From Candidatus Woesearchaeota archaeon (GTDB lineage Archaea > Nanobdellota > Nanobdellia > Woesearchaeales > JACPIF01), in contig JACPIF010000008.1 of assembly GCA_016188215.1 (NCBI GenBank), positions 101,439 through 165,438 of the forward strand: 64,000 nt of DNA. The letters run 5' to 3'. The position numbers were made by a program, and so were the translations under genes. Position 1 is the first letter of the stretch. Each line of letters begins with the position of its first letter. The notes under the pieces are model-generated. The model searched no databases. It worked only from the letters and a program-made list of their open reading frames with translations, and was not told the DNA's origin. Positions 47,326 through 57,423 of this stretch are shown here, in pieces.

Positions 47326-47619
47326 ATGATTGCAAAAATACATGCTCTTCAGGGCAGAAAAGTGCTTGCGCTCTGCGACAAAAATCTGCTGGGAAAACGG
47401 TTTGAAGCAGGGAAGCTGCAGCTTGACCTTACATCACAATTCTATAAGGGGGATGTGATCAGCGAAAAAGAACTCCTGGAAATCCTGAAAGATATTTACA
47501 CTGTGAATGCTGTTGGCAGGAAAAGCATAGCAGTCTTGGCAAAGTTTGCAGTCATCTCAAAGAAGAATGTGTGCAGAATCAAGGGAATACCTTATGCCAA
47601 CGTCATTTTGGAGTTCTAG
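47326..47619 (+). CDS. DUF424-family protein (commonly found downstream of aIF2-beta in archaea)
   Basis: 97 aa; KVLALCDKNLLGKRFEAGKLQLDL..FYKGDVISEKELLEIL pattern; 1-nt gap from aIF2-beta stop. Confidence 0.5.
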   Translation: MIAKIHALQGRKVLALCDKNLLGKRFEAGKLQLDLTSQFYKGDVISEKELLEILKDIYTVNAVGRKSIAVLAKFAVISKKNVCRIKGIPYANVILEF

Positions 47620-47625
47620 CTTGAA

Positions 47626-50600
47626 TTACTGGCTGAACCATACAGTCAACCCTTCCTGGCGCTCGCTTGCCTTGCCGAATACGCCTTCTATCCTGCGCTT
47701 AGTGACTTCAAGGCTTTGCTTGAGATAAGGAGGTGCATCATATACCTGCGCCAGGTTTACCGAACTCTCAAGGTACTTAATGACTGAGCCTTCAGTGACT
47801 GTAAATATGAGCTTGCTGCCGCATGCGTCACATTTTCCCTGCAATGAAGGCCTCCTGAACTTCTCATTGCATTTTGAGCAGCGAAATTCCTGGGTGGAGA
47901 ATTTCCTAAGATTCCCTTTTATGTCTTTCAGGAAATGCTTTTCAATGACTAATTTTGCAACATCTGCTGTATCAACTGCGCGTATTTTCCGTGCAAGCTC
48001 CATCTGCCCCTGCAGCTTCTCTTCCATAGTGGGAATGGTCTTGTAGGCTGAGCAGAGCACTCCACTATTGATATTTGAAGTTTCATGCGTATACCCCATG
48101 CCCTCGTACTGGAGGGGAGTATGAAGCCTGTCGCCTAGCTTTTCAAGCTTGATGTCGTGTTTACCGCGCTGGCAGGCATGGTAGAATTCAAGTGGATATT
48201 TCCAGACAACGTCAATGTCAAATACCATGTCATCAACTTCCGCAGGATTCAGGCGAGAGGTCATGACCAAGCAGGCGTCCTGCACTGATCCGCGATGATG
48301 CGGCAGGTATTGCCGGGAGAAGTTGAGCAGGGCGTCCATCAGCAGGATAATTGAGCTCTCATCGCCGTCAAGGTCCCGGCGCATGGCTGCATGAAACATT
48401 GGATGGGCAAAGAATCCCTGGGTCTTGCTGAAGCCTATGATCCTGCCAGCGATCGCGGCGGAGGTATGCGGGGCTATGCCCAACACTAGGTGGCCTATCA
48501 AATCCTCCTCGTTCTGCAAATTGTAATACCTCGGCAGACCGTACAGTTTTTCCAGCAAGTCATCTGAAAATTCTGCAATGCGCATCAGAACCTTGCCTGC
48601 GCCTTCATTGGTTGATTCAGAACCAGAAGGGAGGATGATATCCTGCGGCTTGATTTCAAGCACTTGATCATCTGCTGCCAATTCTTTCCCGTGGATATCA
48701 ATTGTGTACCCCAGCTCGTGAGCCTTTGAAATGCCCAAACCAATCTCTTTTGGCCTGAAATGGGTTATGCCGAGCTGAGTCATGTCATACCTAGTGGTCC
48801 CATCCTTGTTGACACAGATGTCGTGCTTGGCGCGGAGGATGCCTTTGAGAAGATGTTCAGTTACGTGCTCTTTATTTGAGGTTCCACGGACTCCTTTAAA
48901 ATTGTCAGGCACTACCTTGTTGCCTGCCTTTGCTGCTGCAGCTTCGTATAATTTTCCGATGGTAATCTTCCTTGTTGAGAATTTTGAGGCGCGTCCATGC
49001 CGGCATTCAGGGTCAGACCCATAGCCGCATATCTTGCAGAAATACTGCTGCAGGCATTGGCTGCCGCAGCGATAGCATTTTGCGGCAACCATGTCAAGGG
49101 CGCATGCTGCACAGTAAAAATTGGGAAAGCTTGATTCTACAAAACCAGTTTCAAGCGCTGCCTGGAAGCTTCGCATCCTGCCTCCTTCCTCGCCAACGGG
49201 AAAAAGCACTGAGGGAGATCCCTTCAGCTTCCGAAGTTTAGCCTTTTCGGGCCTGCCCATGCGCGCTCCGATGAAGATTCCTGCCTTATCCATTATCCTG
49301 ATACCCATGGCTTTTTCAACTGTCCCCAGAACACTGTCGGCCATGCCGGCAGGTCCCGCGGCAGACAGGATGGTGTACATTGTTTTTGCAACATCACCCT
49401 CAAGCACTATAAACTCCAGCTGCACTAAAATGTGGGGAATACCAAGTATCTCTAGTGTGCGTTTTGGCCCTTCCTGGAAGGGCAAGACTATTTTTTCTAT
49501 GTCATTGTAGCTGGATGGCTCCCCCACAATTGCGCCTTGGGTGAACCAGACCTTTAATGCTGCAAATTCTTCCAATGAGATGGCCGTCCAGTAGTATGTA
49601 AATTGCGGATGAAGCGGGATGTTGTAGGTTTTACTGATATTATATGCCTCATCAAAACTCAAACTGGGCAGAATTGTAAGAGGGTTTGAGATTAGAGATT
49701 GAAGGCGCAAATAATCTGGCTGCAGTTGTTCCTGCTGCCCTATATTGCCTATATTGGCTTGCCTGTACTGGGCTTGTGCAAATGAGGATTCCAGTTCCTG
49801 CGCCCACCATTCCTCACAGTATCCTGGCTGCACCAATGGATGACCCCTGTTTAAGAAGTCGCCATAGTTGATTAGGATGTCACCTAAGTACAATATCTCC
49901 TTGATTTCCTTAGCCAACCTGCGGGCCTCACGTTCATCCTGCAGCTTCAGCACTGAGCCGTTCTGCAGAAGGACAACAGGACCTTCAATTGAATCGCAGG
50001 AAGTAACTGTAGTTGCTTTCCCAGGACGCTCAAGCTTGAGCTGAGTGCCGACCGCTATATACTTGTCAAGGATGTGCATAGTAGCAGGATGGATGGCGTA
50101 CGAGGAAAAACCTGATGTCCGCGTCCGGCCATACCTTAGGCGGAATCCGCCATAGCGCATAGGATATGTAAGGATGGGTCTTCCTGCAATCATGTCAACC
50201 ATGAACGTATGGTCGGGCCCAATTTTCTTGTCGCCTGTTATCTTGCCTTTTGACTTGATCTCGCGCTGAATTGCAATAAATATCTCAAGAAAATTCCAAT
50301 GCTCAAGGCCAAAATCCTTGCCCCAGCGGGAAAGCTGCTTCCACAGCTTGACTGCCTTCTGCGCAATGCATTCGCCAAGGACAAGGCACGGACCGTTCCT
50401 TATCTGGTTGGTCTCTATCCGTCCCAGAAACTTATAATTAGATACTTCAATAGTTTCAGAAGGGTCGCCGTCAATCTGCACAGGAACATGCTGCACTAAA
50501 AATACGATCTCCTTCTCACTAGGCAAGTATTGTAGGTTGGTGATGCGCTCATGATAATCATACATCTCAATGACAGCTCTCTTAGTCTCCTCATCCGTCG

Positions 50601-51150
50601 GATCGTATACATCATACCCCATCTGCTTCCTGATATAGTCTGCAATAAGCACGGATACTGAGGCGCCTGTGCCACCCGCGCTCCGGATTGGGCCTGAGTA
50701 GCATATAGCAAGATATTCTTTACCGTCTTTCCGTTTCCTCACCTTAAGGTTAGTGAATCCCTCTAACGGTGAAGCAACTGTCCCAAGTGTATGATATGCA
50801 AACCCTACCCTAATCCCGGCTTCCATTGCCTCAAGCTTATTGGAAAAAGTACAGAACTTTTCCTGCGCAATCTCCAGCGCTATGACCAATGAGATACGCC
50901 AGTCAAGCACACTGTACTGCTGCTCAAGCTCCCTCAGGCGTTTCGGGATGCCTTTGCCCTTTATTTGAGGGCAAACCGCCGAGACAAGGCCTTCAACTCG
51001 CTCTGCCATATCAATTGCGACAGGGATGTCAACATGCGTTTCAGGGTCAAAACCAAGCGAGCGCGCAGCTTCTGCTACAGAGTAGGCCTCCTTTGTTTTC
51101 CGATCAATCTCCTCAAAATATGCAAGCATTTGTTTTGAAGCTGCTACCAT
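47626..51150 (-). CDS. polD2: DNA polymerase II (PolD) large subunit DP2
   Basis: 1174 aa; zinc fingers CAACALD...CYRCGSQC, CKICGYGSDPEC and C-terminal CSKCNEKFRRPSLQGKCDACGS; length typical, no intein. Confidence 0.85.
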   Translation of the reverse strand: MVAASKQMLAYFEEIDRKTKEAYSVAEAARSLGFDPETHVDIPVAIDMAERVEGLVSAVCPQIKGKGIPKRLRELEQQYSVLDWRISLVIALEIAQEKFCTFSNKLEAMEAGIRVGFAYHTLGTVASPLEGFTNLKVRKRKDGKEYLAICYSGPIRSAGGTGASVSVLIADYIRKQMGYDVYDPTDEETKRAVIEMYDYHERITNLQYLPSEKEIVFLVQHVPVQIDGDPSETIEVSNYKFLGRIETNQIRNGPCLVLGECIAQKAVKLWKQLSRWGKDFGLEHWNFLEIFIAIQREIKSKGKITGDKKIGPDHTFMVDMIAGRPILTYPMRYGGFRLRYGRTRTSGFSSYAIHPATMHILDKYIAVGTQLKLERPGKATTVTSCDSIEGPVVLLQNGSVLKLQDEREARRLAKEIKEILYLGDILINYGDFLNRGHPLVQPGYCEEWWAQELESSFAQAQYRQANIGNIGQQEQLQPDYLRLQSLISNPLTILPSLSFDEAYNISKTYNIPLHPQFTYYWTAISLEEFAALKVWFTQGAIVGEPSSYNDIEKIVLPFQEGPKRTLEILGIPHILVQLEFIVLEGDVAKTMYTILSAAGPAGMADSVLGTVEKAMGIRIMDKAGIFIGARMGRPEKAKLRKLKGSPSVLFPVGEEGGRMRSFQAALETGFVESSFPNFYCAACALDMVAAKCYRCGSQCLQQYFCKICGYGSDPECRHGRASKFSTRKITIGKLYEAAAAKAGNKVVPDNFKGVRGTSNKEHVTEHLLKGILRAKHDICVNKDGTTRYDMTQLGITHFRPKEIGLGISKAHELGYTIDIHGKELAADDQVLEIKPQDIILPSGSESTNEGAGKVLMRIAEFSDDLLEKLYGLPRYYNLQNEEDLIGHLVLGIAPHTSAAIAGRIIGFSKTQGFFAHPMFHAAMRRDLDGDESSIILLMDALLNFSRQYLPHHRGSVQDACLVMTSRLNPAEVDDMVFDIDVVWKYPLEFYHACQRGKHDIKLEKLGDRLHTPLQYEGMGYTHETSNINSGVLCSAYKTIPTMEEKLQGQMELARKIRAVDTADVAKLVIEKHFLKDIKGNLRKFSTQEFRCSKCNEKFRRPSLQGKCDACGSKLIFTVTEGSVIKYLESSVNLAQVYDAPPYLKQSLEVTKRRIEGVFGKASERQEGLTVWFSQ

Positions 51151-51151
51151 T

Positions 51152-52681
51152 CTAAAACCTCAATATCCTCAATTCACGCGTCTGCAAATTCAGCACTGGA
51201 ACCCTGCCTGGCTCAGGATTATGGCCAAGCTTTTCCTGGAATGGAGTCTTGTCCTGCCAGCATGAGCCGCAGATGAGGGTTACATGCTTGTAGGCGCGGG
51301 CAGAAACTTTATGCAGGTGGCCAGTAACAAAAATGTCGGGGACTTTATCAATAACTAAAGGATCTGACTCGGGATCCGGGATATAAAGGGTGGAAGTGTG
51401 TGTTGGGGCAAGGTGCCGTTTCTTGAGCATAAATCTCATGATTAAATCCGGTCTGTCATATCCTCCATTGTTCCGTATAGATTCCACGTTGGCAATGTAG
51501 TAGTCAAAAGAGTAGCCATGGTAAATAAGGACATCAAATCCCGGAAAGCCGGGCGCAGATTCTATATTTACCATTCCGGGATTGGAAACCATGACAACAT
51601 TTTCAAGCTTCCAGAGATCAGCTGCAAAATCCTTGTAGAGCTCAGGCTGCGGCTCGGAGATGCGCATGGCATCGTGATTTCCAGGAGAGATAATGATGGT
51701 GATGTGCTTGGGAATTCTGGACAGCAGAGCAGCGCATTCCTTGTACTGGGAATAGATATCGGGTATCTCCAACTCTTTCTCCTGGCCTGGATAAATGCTG
51801 CAGCCATCCACTATGTCACCTGCAACAAAAATGTATTTTATCTTAGATACCCATTCATGCTGCTTTCCACTACCCCCATTAATCCATGCAAGGAACCTTT
51901 CAAATGTTTCCCTGAGGAAAAGCCGTGAGCCTACATGAAGGTCGGAAAGGAACAGGGCATATGATTCTATCGGCGCTTTCTTTTGCTCACGGAAGCTGAT
52001 GTCTGGCTCAATGATGCTGTTTGCAAATACTATGTTGTTGCCAGGAGCGCCGACGATACCTACTACCTGGTCAAGCACAATATCCTGGGCATTGCCAAAC
52101 AGTTCTTTATTATTCTTGTTCACAAACACCTTGACAGAGCCAGTGAGGTCTTCAAGGATAAGGCTTATGCCGCCGCTTTTTGTTGTTTCCTTATCCTTGA
52201 CCATGCCAATAATGGCAACAGGCTCCCTGTCACGCTTGCCGGCCAGGCGATTAATGGATAAAGGACTTTGCAGCTCAGGCCGCGCCTGTAATATTTTTTT
52301 GAGAGCTGTAAACCTGTTAACATAGTATGCAACAAAATCCTGCAGTTCAATCTGCTTTGGTTTTTTTGTATAGGAGAATAAGATTTTTACATTATTGCCT
52401 GCGGCGCGAGGGAGATGGGCTACCGGAATTTCGGATTCTTGAACAGGGCTGGATATGAGGTTTGATTCAGGCCTTGGGTGTGGTATGAATCTTTGTTTCA
52501 GTTTCCTTAGCTCATACATCAGTTGTGATTCGCTGCCGTCATATGATTCCAGAAATTCCTTGATGCTGTTAAAATCAAGCTCATTAGTAAGTGCAAGCAG
52601 CTCTTGGTCAACCAGAATATTCTTTGCAAGAAGGTACGTAATAAGCTCTTTTCTCCTGCTTAGGCTTGCTTCCATGGTCAA
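51152..52681 (-). CDS. polD1: DNA polymerase II (PolD) small subunit DP1 (Mre11-like phosphoesterase domain)
   Basis: 509 aa; calcineurin-like motifs ALFLSDLHVG, FVAGDIVDG, SPGNHD, YHGYS, FVTGHLH; 1-nt spacing to DP2. Confidence 0.85.
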   Translation of the reverse strand: MTMEASLSRRKELITYLLAKNILVDQELLALTNELDFNSIKEFLESYDGSESQLMYELRKLKQRFIPHPRPESNLISSPVQESEIPVAHLPRAAGNNVKILFSYTKKPKQIELQDFVAYYVNRFTALKKILQARPELQSPLSINRLAGKRDREPVAIIGMVKDKETTKSGGISLILEDLTGSVKVFVNKNNKELFGNAQDIVLDQVVGIVGAPGNNIVFANSIIEPDISFREQKKAPIESYALFLSDLHVGSRLFLRETFERFLAWINGGSGKQHEWVSKIKYIFVAGDIVDGCSIYPGQEKELEIPDIYSQYKECAALLSRIPKHITIIISPGNHDAMRISEPQPELYKDFAADLWKLENVVMVSNPGMVNIESAPGFPGFDVLIYHGYSFDYYIANVESIRNNGGYDRPDLIMRFMLKKRHLAPTHTSTLYIPDPESDPLVIDKVPDIFVTGHLHKVSARAYKHVTLICGSCWQDKTPFQEKLGHNPEPGRVPVLNLQTRELRILRF

Positions 52682-52705
52682 AGATGAGAAGAGTTATGCT
52701 TGTGT

Positions 52706-53917
52706 TCAAGTTAGGTCTAACTCTTCCTCTAACATCTGCTTTATCTTATTAGTTACTTCCTGCTGTGTCGCAAGGCTTATCTCCCTCGTCCGGCCGTGTC
52801 TCCCTTTTGAGACTACACGCCCTTGGATAATACCAAGCATGTCAAGCTCTGCCAAAATATCTGAAATGCGGCGCTGCGTCAGCGGGCGAAGACCTACACG
52901 ATTGCAAAGCTGCCGATATATATCATATACTTCGCCTGTCAGCACAGGTTCTTTGGTTGCATGCAGCAACTTGATGATGGCATAGGTAATGCATTGATAC
53001 TGTTTGGGCTGGGTAGCTACTATCTCTATGATATAGTCACGCTCAATCTTTTCCTCAGCCTCGTCAATATGCTCAAGACTTACCGCGGTTGTCCCGTTGC
53101 GCTCGGCGATCTCTGCAGCAACACGCAGCAGCTCGATGGCGCGGCGCGCATCGCCATGGTCCCTTGCAGCATATGCGGCACATTTTTCAATAACACCTGC
53201 CTCAAGAGAATTTTCCCTGAACGCCATGCCAGCACGGTATGCAAGGATGTCCTTGATCTGGAGCGCGTTATACGGGGGGAAAACAATGCCTTCCTCTGAC
53301 AGCGAGCTCCTAACCCTTGGATCCAGATTATCCAAAAATTTTGCATCGTTTGAGATACCGATGATAGCCACCTGAGCCTGCTTGAGCTCCTCATTAATCC
53401 TGGTCAGGTTGTAGAGTATCTCATCTTCTGCACGTTTTATGAGATGATCTATCTCGTCAAGGATGAGGAGGATTATCTGCTCTCTCTCATCAATTACAGA
53501 ATGGAATATCTTGTAGACCTCATCTGTTGGCAGCCCAGTTGCTGGAACAGCCTTGTTAAGGTCGCGGGCAAGCTGGGCAATAAGCCTGTATTCAGTATCT
53601 GCAATCTTCTTTAGCTTGCAGTTGAGGTAAAGAACTTTGAGGGGCGCCTTGCTCTTTTCAGCAACCGAAAGCAATTGGTTTGTTACATGTTTTATGGTTA
53701 CTGTTTTACCCGTACCGGTTTTTCCGTATAACAGCACGTTAGAGGGCTTTTCTTTCTTGAGTGTGGGCGCAAGAATCTTTCCCAGCTGCTCAATTTGATC
53801 GTCACGATGCACAATCTGGTCAGGAACAAAATTCGTTTGTAGCGCCTTTTTGTTTAAGAAAGTAGAGTAGTTGCTTACATACTGCTCAAAATATGCTGCC
53901 AACCCCCTTTGTGCCAT
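52706..53917 (-). CDS. orc1: Orc1/Cdc6 replication initiator
   Basis: 403 aa; Walker A VLLYGKTGTGKTVTIKHV, Walker B LILDEIDHL, sensor motifs and C-terminal winged helix; immediately adjacent to predicted oriC. Confidence 0.9.
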   Translation of the reverse strand: MAQRGLAAYFEQYVSNYSTFLNKKALQTNFVPDQIVHRDDQIEQLGKILAPTLKKEKPSNVLLYGKTGTGKTVTIKHVTNQLLSVAEKSKAPLKVLYLNCKLKKIADTEYRLIAQLARDLNKAVPATGLPTDEVYKIFHSVIDEREQIILLILDEIDHLIKRAEDEILYNLTRINEELKQAQVAIIGISNDAKFLDNLDPRVRSSLSEEGIVFPPYNALQIKDILAYRAGMAFRENSLEAGVIEKCAAYAARDHGDARRAIELLRVAAEIAERNGTTAVSLEHIDEAEEKIERDYIIEIVATQPKQYQCITYAIIKLLHATKEPVLTGEVYDIYRQLCNRVGLRPLTQRRISDILAELDMLGIIQGRVVSKGRHGRTREISLATQQEVTNKIKQMLEEELDLT

Positions 53918-54256
53918 ATGGTTCCAGAGGAAATAGGGGTTATTTAAAGTTTTATGTTGTGGAAAGGGTGTGCCCCCCTGGTTTCTTATGGAGATGTTTT
54001 CGGGATGTCCGTCACTTTTTATTATTATATATTATTATTTTCTATATTGATTATTATTATATATTATATATTTAGATATTTATATATTATATTGATATTA
54101 TATATCATATATCTATATTTTAATATTAAAGAAGGAGAAGAGTGTTGCACAGGAAACTAAGGGGAGCTAGAGAAACCCACCCACCACTACCTGTTGCTAT
54201 TATAAAGTAACAACTTTGTAGAAAGATTTAAATATAAGGTAATAATCCGATTAAAC
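53918..54256. promoter_or_regulatory. predicted chromosomal replication origin (oriC): ORB-like elements flanking an AT-rich DNA-unwinding element
   Basis: ORB-like TTCCAGAGGAAATAGGGG (53922-53939), inverted ORB-like CCCCCCTGGTTTCTTATGGAG (53973-53993), DUE 54011-54130 (>90% A+T with ~18-nt direct repeats TTATTATTATATATTAT), ORB-like TTGCACAGGAAACTAAGGGG (54145-54164); matches Pyrococcus/Sulfolobus ORB consensus TCCAnnGGAAAC..GGGG; classic oriC-cdc6-polD arrangement. Confidence 0.65.
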
Positions 54257-55057
54257 ATGATAATGCAAAAGGAAATATTAGGGAAATTACGCGATTTTGG
54301 GTTAAATTCTTATGAAATAAGGCTTTGGGTAGCGCTGCTCTCCCGCGGCATAAGCACAGCAGGCGAACTTTCTGATATAGCCAATGTGCCAAGGAGCAGA
54401 AGCTATGATGTCTTAGAAAGCCTTGAAAAGAAAGGATTTGTCATGACAAAGGTCGGCAAGCCTATAAAATATATTGCAGTGCCTCCAGAAGAGGTTTTTG
54501 AGCGTGTTAAAAAGAGAATTAAGGTGAACACGGACGAAAGGCTGGCAATAATAGATAATATGAAGAAAAGCACGGTCCTTGATGAACTCAACTTGCTACA
54601 TTCAACAGGATTGGAGCTTGTGGAGCCTTATGATCTATCCGGCTCATTAAAAGGGCGGGAAAACCTGTACACCCACCTCGAAACAAGGCTCAAGAACGCT
54701 AAGCAGTCCATAGTTATATCAACAACTGCGCAGGGCCTTATCAGGAAAGGCGCGGCGCTCAGGAAAGCATTGCAAAGGGCGCAGGAGCGGGGAGTGCAGG
54801 TTAAGATCCTTACTGCATTGGGTAAGGAAAACCAGGATGCTGCCAAGGAGCTTTCAAAATTTGCAGAGATAAGAAGCAAGGCAAACCCTGCACGGTATGT
54901 TATGATAGATGGGAAAGAGATAACGTTCATGCTATCTGATGACAAGCAAGTGCACGCAAATTATGACACTGGAATCTGGGTCAATACACCATTCTTTACT
55001 GCCGCTATTGAATCAATGTTCCAGAGAGAATGGGAAGGCTGCAGGCCGTACAAGTAA
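54257..55057 (+). CDS. TrmB-family transcriptional regulator
   Basis: N-terminal wH YEIRLWVALLSRGISTAGELSDIANVPRSRSYDVLESLEKKGFV typical of TrmB; ~160 aa C-terminal effector-like domain. Confidence 0.6.
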   Translation: MIMQKEILGKLRDFGLNSYEIRLWVALLSRGISTAGELSDIANVPRSRSYDVLESLEKKGFVMTKVGKPIKYIAVPPEEVFERVKKRIKVNTDERLAIIDNMKKSTVLDELNLLHSTGLELVEPYDLSGSLKGRENLYTHLETRLKNAKQSIVISTTAQGLIRKGAALRKALQRAQERGVQVKILTALGKENQDAAKELSKFAEIRSKANPARYVMIDGKEITFMLSDDKQVHANYDTGIWVNTPFFTAAIESMFQREWEGCRPYK

Positions 55058-55186
55058 ATTATCTAAAAGCATTTTATCTATTATCCCCCCTCGTCCTCTC
55101 ATTTCAAAACTTTTATATACTACAACACGTAGACTCTACATTAGTCCAACGTTAGTTATTTATCATATAAAAAAGGGAGGGATAGC

Positions 55187-55390
55187 ATGGCATTAGACGT
55201 TCAAGGGGTTACTCTCGCAGTTATTATAGGCACATTAGCGGCAATAGTCTATTCACTCAGAATTCTTGTATTGATGGAGAGGCGCGTGGCAAACGTGGAG
55301 GAGCATCTGGAGCGTATCGCCAATAAAATTTTCAGGGAAGAGATGCGCATTGAGAGATCCCTAGGAAGAAGGAAGGGCAGGAAGCGCTAA
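55187..55390 (+). CDS. small single-TM protein, hypothetical
   Basis: 67 aa; strong Shine-Dalgarno AAAAAAGGGAGGGATAGC upstream of ATG; TM VTLAVIIGTLAAIVYSLRILVL then charged helix. Confidence 0.4.
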   Translation: MALDVQGVTLAVIIGTLAAIVYSLRILVLMERRVANVEEHLERIANKIFREEMRIERSLGRRKGRKR

Positions 55391-55777
55391 AAGCTCAAGC
55401 AGTTCTTCAAGCAAGATACCTTTTTGTTTAGCCTGCTCTAATGAGATGCAATATGCAGTATGCGTCTTATCAAGGTCATCAAGCGCGACAAAATGCCATT
55501 CTGTCCTTGAAAACCTTAGGCCAATCCAAGGCTCGGCGCCAAACATCACGCAAAACTTTCTTAGTTGGTCTATCTCATCAAGCGGAAAATATTTTCGGGA
55601 GGCCTTTGTAGTCTTGCACTCTATTGCCAATTTTCTTGACGGGGTGCCAACTATAAGATCCGGACTCGGATAGTGGGAAGAGCCGGAGCCGGCAACACGG
55701 CTGCAAGCCCATCCTTTGCTCCAGAACAGGTGAAGAAGCTCACGCTCGGCATTGCTGCCCTTGTGCTTGTTTGCCAT
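55361..55777 (-). CDS. hjc: Holliday junction resolvase Hjc
   Basis: 138 aa; GSNAERELLHLFWSKGWACSRVAGSG (catalytic E), DLIVG (D), AIECK (E-x-K) matches archaeal Hjc nuclease motifs. Confidence 0.85.
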   Translation of the reverse strand: MANKHKGSNAERELLHLFWSKGWACSRVAGSGSSHYPSPDLIVGTPSRKLAIECKTTKASRKYFPLDEIDQLRKFCVMFGAEPWIGLRFSRTEWHFVALDDLDKTHTAYCISLEQAKQKGILLEELLELLALPALPSS

Positions 55778-55803
55778 GGCTATTTTATCTTACTTCAGGT
55801 ATA

Positions 55804-56694
55804 TTAACTTTGCACTTTCAAGAAATCCTCAGCAGAAATCACATTATCAAAATAGGTGCGGGCATCATTTTCAAGGTCATGCGTATTCTTATAACGTGTG
55901 CTAAAATGTGCAAGTACAAGTCTCTTGACATTGCTTTTGCTTGCTATCAAAGCCGCATCTTTTGCAGTAAGATGGAGGTATTGTTCAGCCTTTTCACCTA
56001 ACTCAGACGTGTATACTGCCTCACATACCAAAATATCCGCATCCTGTGCAACCTTATAGCAGTTCTCATTCATAGCCGTGTCAAGGATAATTCCTATACT
56101 TTGTCCCCTGCGGATTGTAGCCGCTTGCTCAGGCCTAATCTCCTTGCCTTTTACCTTAATGGACCGGCCTTCCTGCAGGTTGCTGACCATACTAGAAGGA
56201 ATACCCAATTCCCTTATCCTTGATGCATTAATTTTCCACCTGTCCTTTTCTTTTATTATGTATGCATTGCAGGGAACACTGTGTTTCATCGGAAGCGCTT
56301 CTATGAATAGTTCTTCATCTTCCCATATCCTTCCCGGCTTTACTTCAATAACCTTAAGATCCAGCTTGTTGTCAAACTCAAATGCCTTAAACATGTATCC
56401 TATCTTCTCTTTCGTCTGCTTCGGGCCATAAATTTCAAGCGTACCGTTGTAATCTGAGGCACTCATGCTCTGCAATAATCCGGGCAGGCCAAGCGTATGG
56501 TCACCGTGCCAGTGGGTGATAAGTATCTTGTTTATCTTTGAAAGCTTGATTCCCGCATGCTTGAGCTGGCGCTGCGTCCCCTCACCGCAGTCAATCAGGA
56601 TGCCTTTATTCTTATAACTAACAAAAAGCGAGAACTGGTTGCGTTCCTTAGTCGGCTTCATACAAGATGTACCTAAAAAGGTCAGGTTGAACAT
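55804..56694 (-). CDS. rnz: ribonuclease Z (tRNA 3'-processing metallo-beta-lactamase)
   Basis: 296 aa; ILITHWHGDHTLGLPGLLQS (HxHxDH), downstream His/Asp motifs, LAHFSTRY near C-terminus. Confidence 0.8.
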   Translation of the reverse strand: MFNLTFLGTSCMKPTKERNQFSLFVSYKNKGILIDCGEGTQRQLKHAGIKLSKINKILITHWHGDHTLGLPGLLQSMSASDYNGTLEIYGPKQTKEKIGYMFKAFEFDNKLDLKVIEVKPGRIWEDEELFIEALPMKHSVPCNAYIIKEKDRWKINASRIRELGIPSSMVSNLQEGRSIKVKGKEIRPEQAATIRRGQSIGIILDTAMNENCYKVAQDADILVCEAVYTSELGEKAEQYLHLTAKDAALIASKSNVKRLVLAHFSTRYKNTHDLENDARTYFDNVISAEDFLKVQS

Positions 56695-56815
56695 ATCACA
56701 AGCAGAGAAACGAGGCTATATATACTTATCCACAAAAATGAGAATGATATTACTACTATATTGAAAACAAATCAGTGTGAAAACCTTTTTAACCTCACGG
56801 ATAACTCCTCATGTT

Positions 56816-57379
56816 ATGAAAAAGAAAGAAGACGGAGAAGAGCGAAAGGAGAAGGTTGAGATACGAGCACTGCTCTCAAAGCAGAAAGTAACTACAGAAG
56901 CGTCCGGTGAGGCAAAAGAATTGTATGAGCAGAGCAGGTATGGGACGCTGCTTGAAGACGGTAAGGTGCAGCTATCACTTATAGAGGCATACTATCTGAT
57001 GGAAAAAAAGAGGATGCATGTGAACGATGCGCGTGGCAAAAAGGTTCTGCCCGATAATTTCATGAAGAAAGCTGAGAAAGTGGACAAGGATTTCTGGATA
57101 AAATATTGTGTATACAAAGACATGAGGAACAGGGGTTATATTGTCAAGACCGCCTTAAAATTTGGTGCTGACTTTAGGGTTTATGACAGGGGTGTCAAGC
57201 CAGGAGAGGATCATGCGCGCTGGATTATATACCCCGTGCATGAAGGCGAGCACTTGACATGGCACGAATTTGCTGCAAAAAACAGGGTGGCGCATTCCAC
57301 CAAGAAAAGATTGCTCGTGGGTATTGTTGATGATGAAGGAGATGTGACATATTATGAGATCAGATGGATGCGCCCATGA
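56816..57379 (+). CDS. endA: tRNA-splicing endonuclease (EndA)
   Basis: Catalytic domain VYKDMRNRGYIVKTALKFGADFRVYDRG...HARWIIYPV; start set at first ATG (56816); track ORF begins at an upstream GTG (56777). Confidence 0.8.
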   Translation: MKKKEDGEERKEKVEIRALLSKQKVTTEASGEAKELYEQSRYGTLLEDGKVQLSLIEAYYLMEKKRMHVNDARGKKVLPDNFMKKAEKVDKDFWIKYCVYKDMRNRGYIVKTALKFGADFRVYDRGVKPGEDHARWIIYPVHEGEHLTWHEFAAKNRVAHSTKKRLLVGIVDDEGDVTYYEIRWMRP

Positions 57380-57423
57380 TCACCATCAATAACTTTTTAT
57401 AACCCACACCTATCAATTGCGAC

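Noticed and set aside
43075-51150. Inteins in mcm or polD2
   Set aside because: Both proteins have normal lengths (675 and 1174 aa) with contiguous motifs; no insertion.
54011-54130. AT-rich repeats as a microsatellite or CRISPR-like array
   Set aside because: Irregular A/T-only direct repeats flanked by ORB-like boxes next to cdc6; better explained as the origin DUE.
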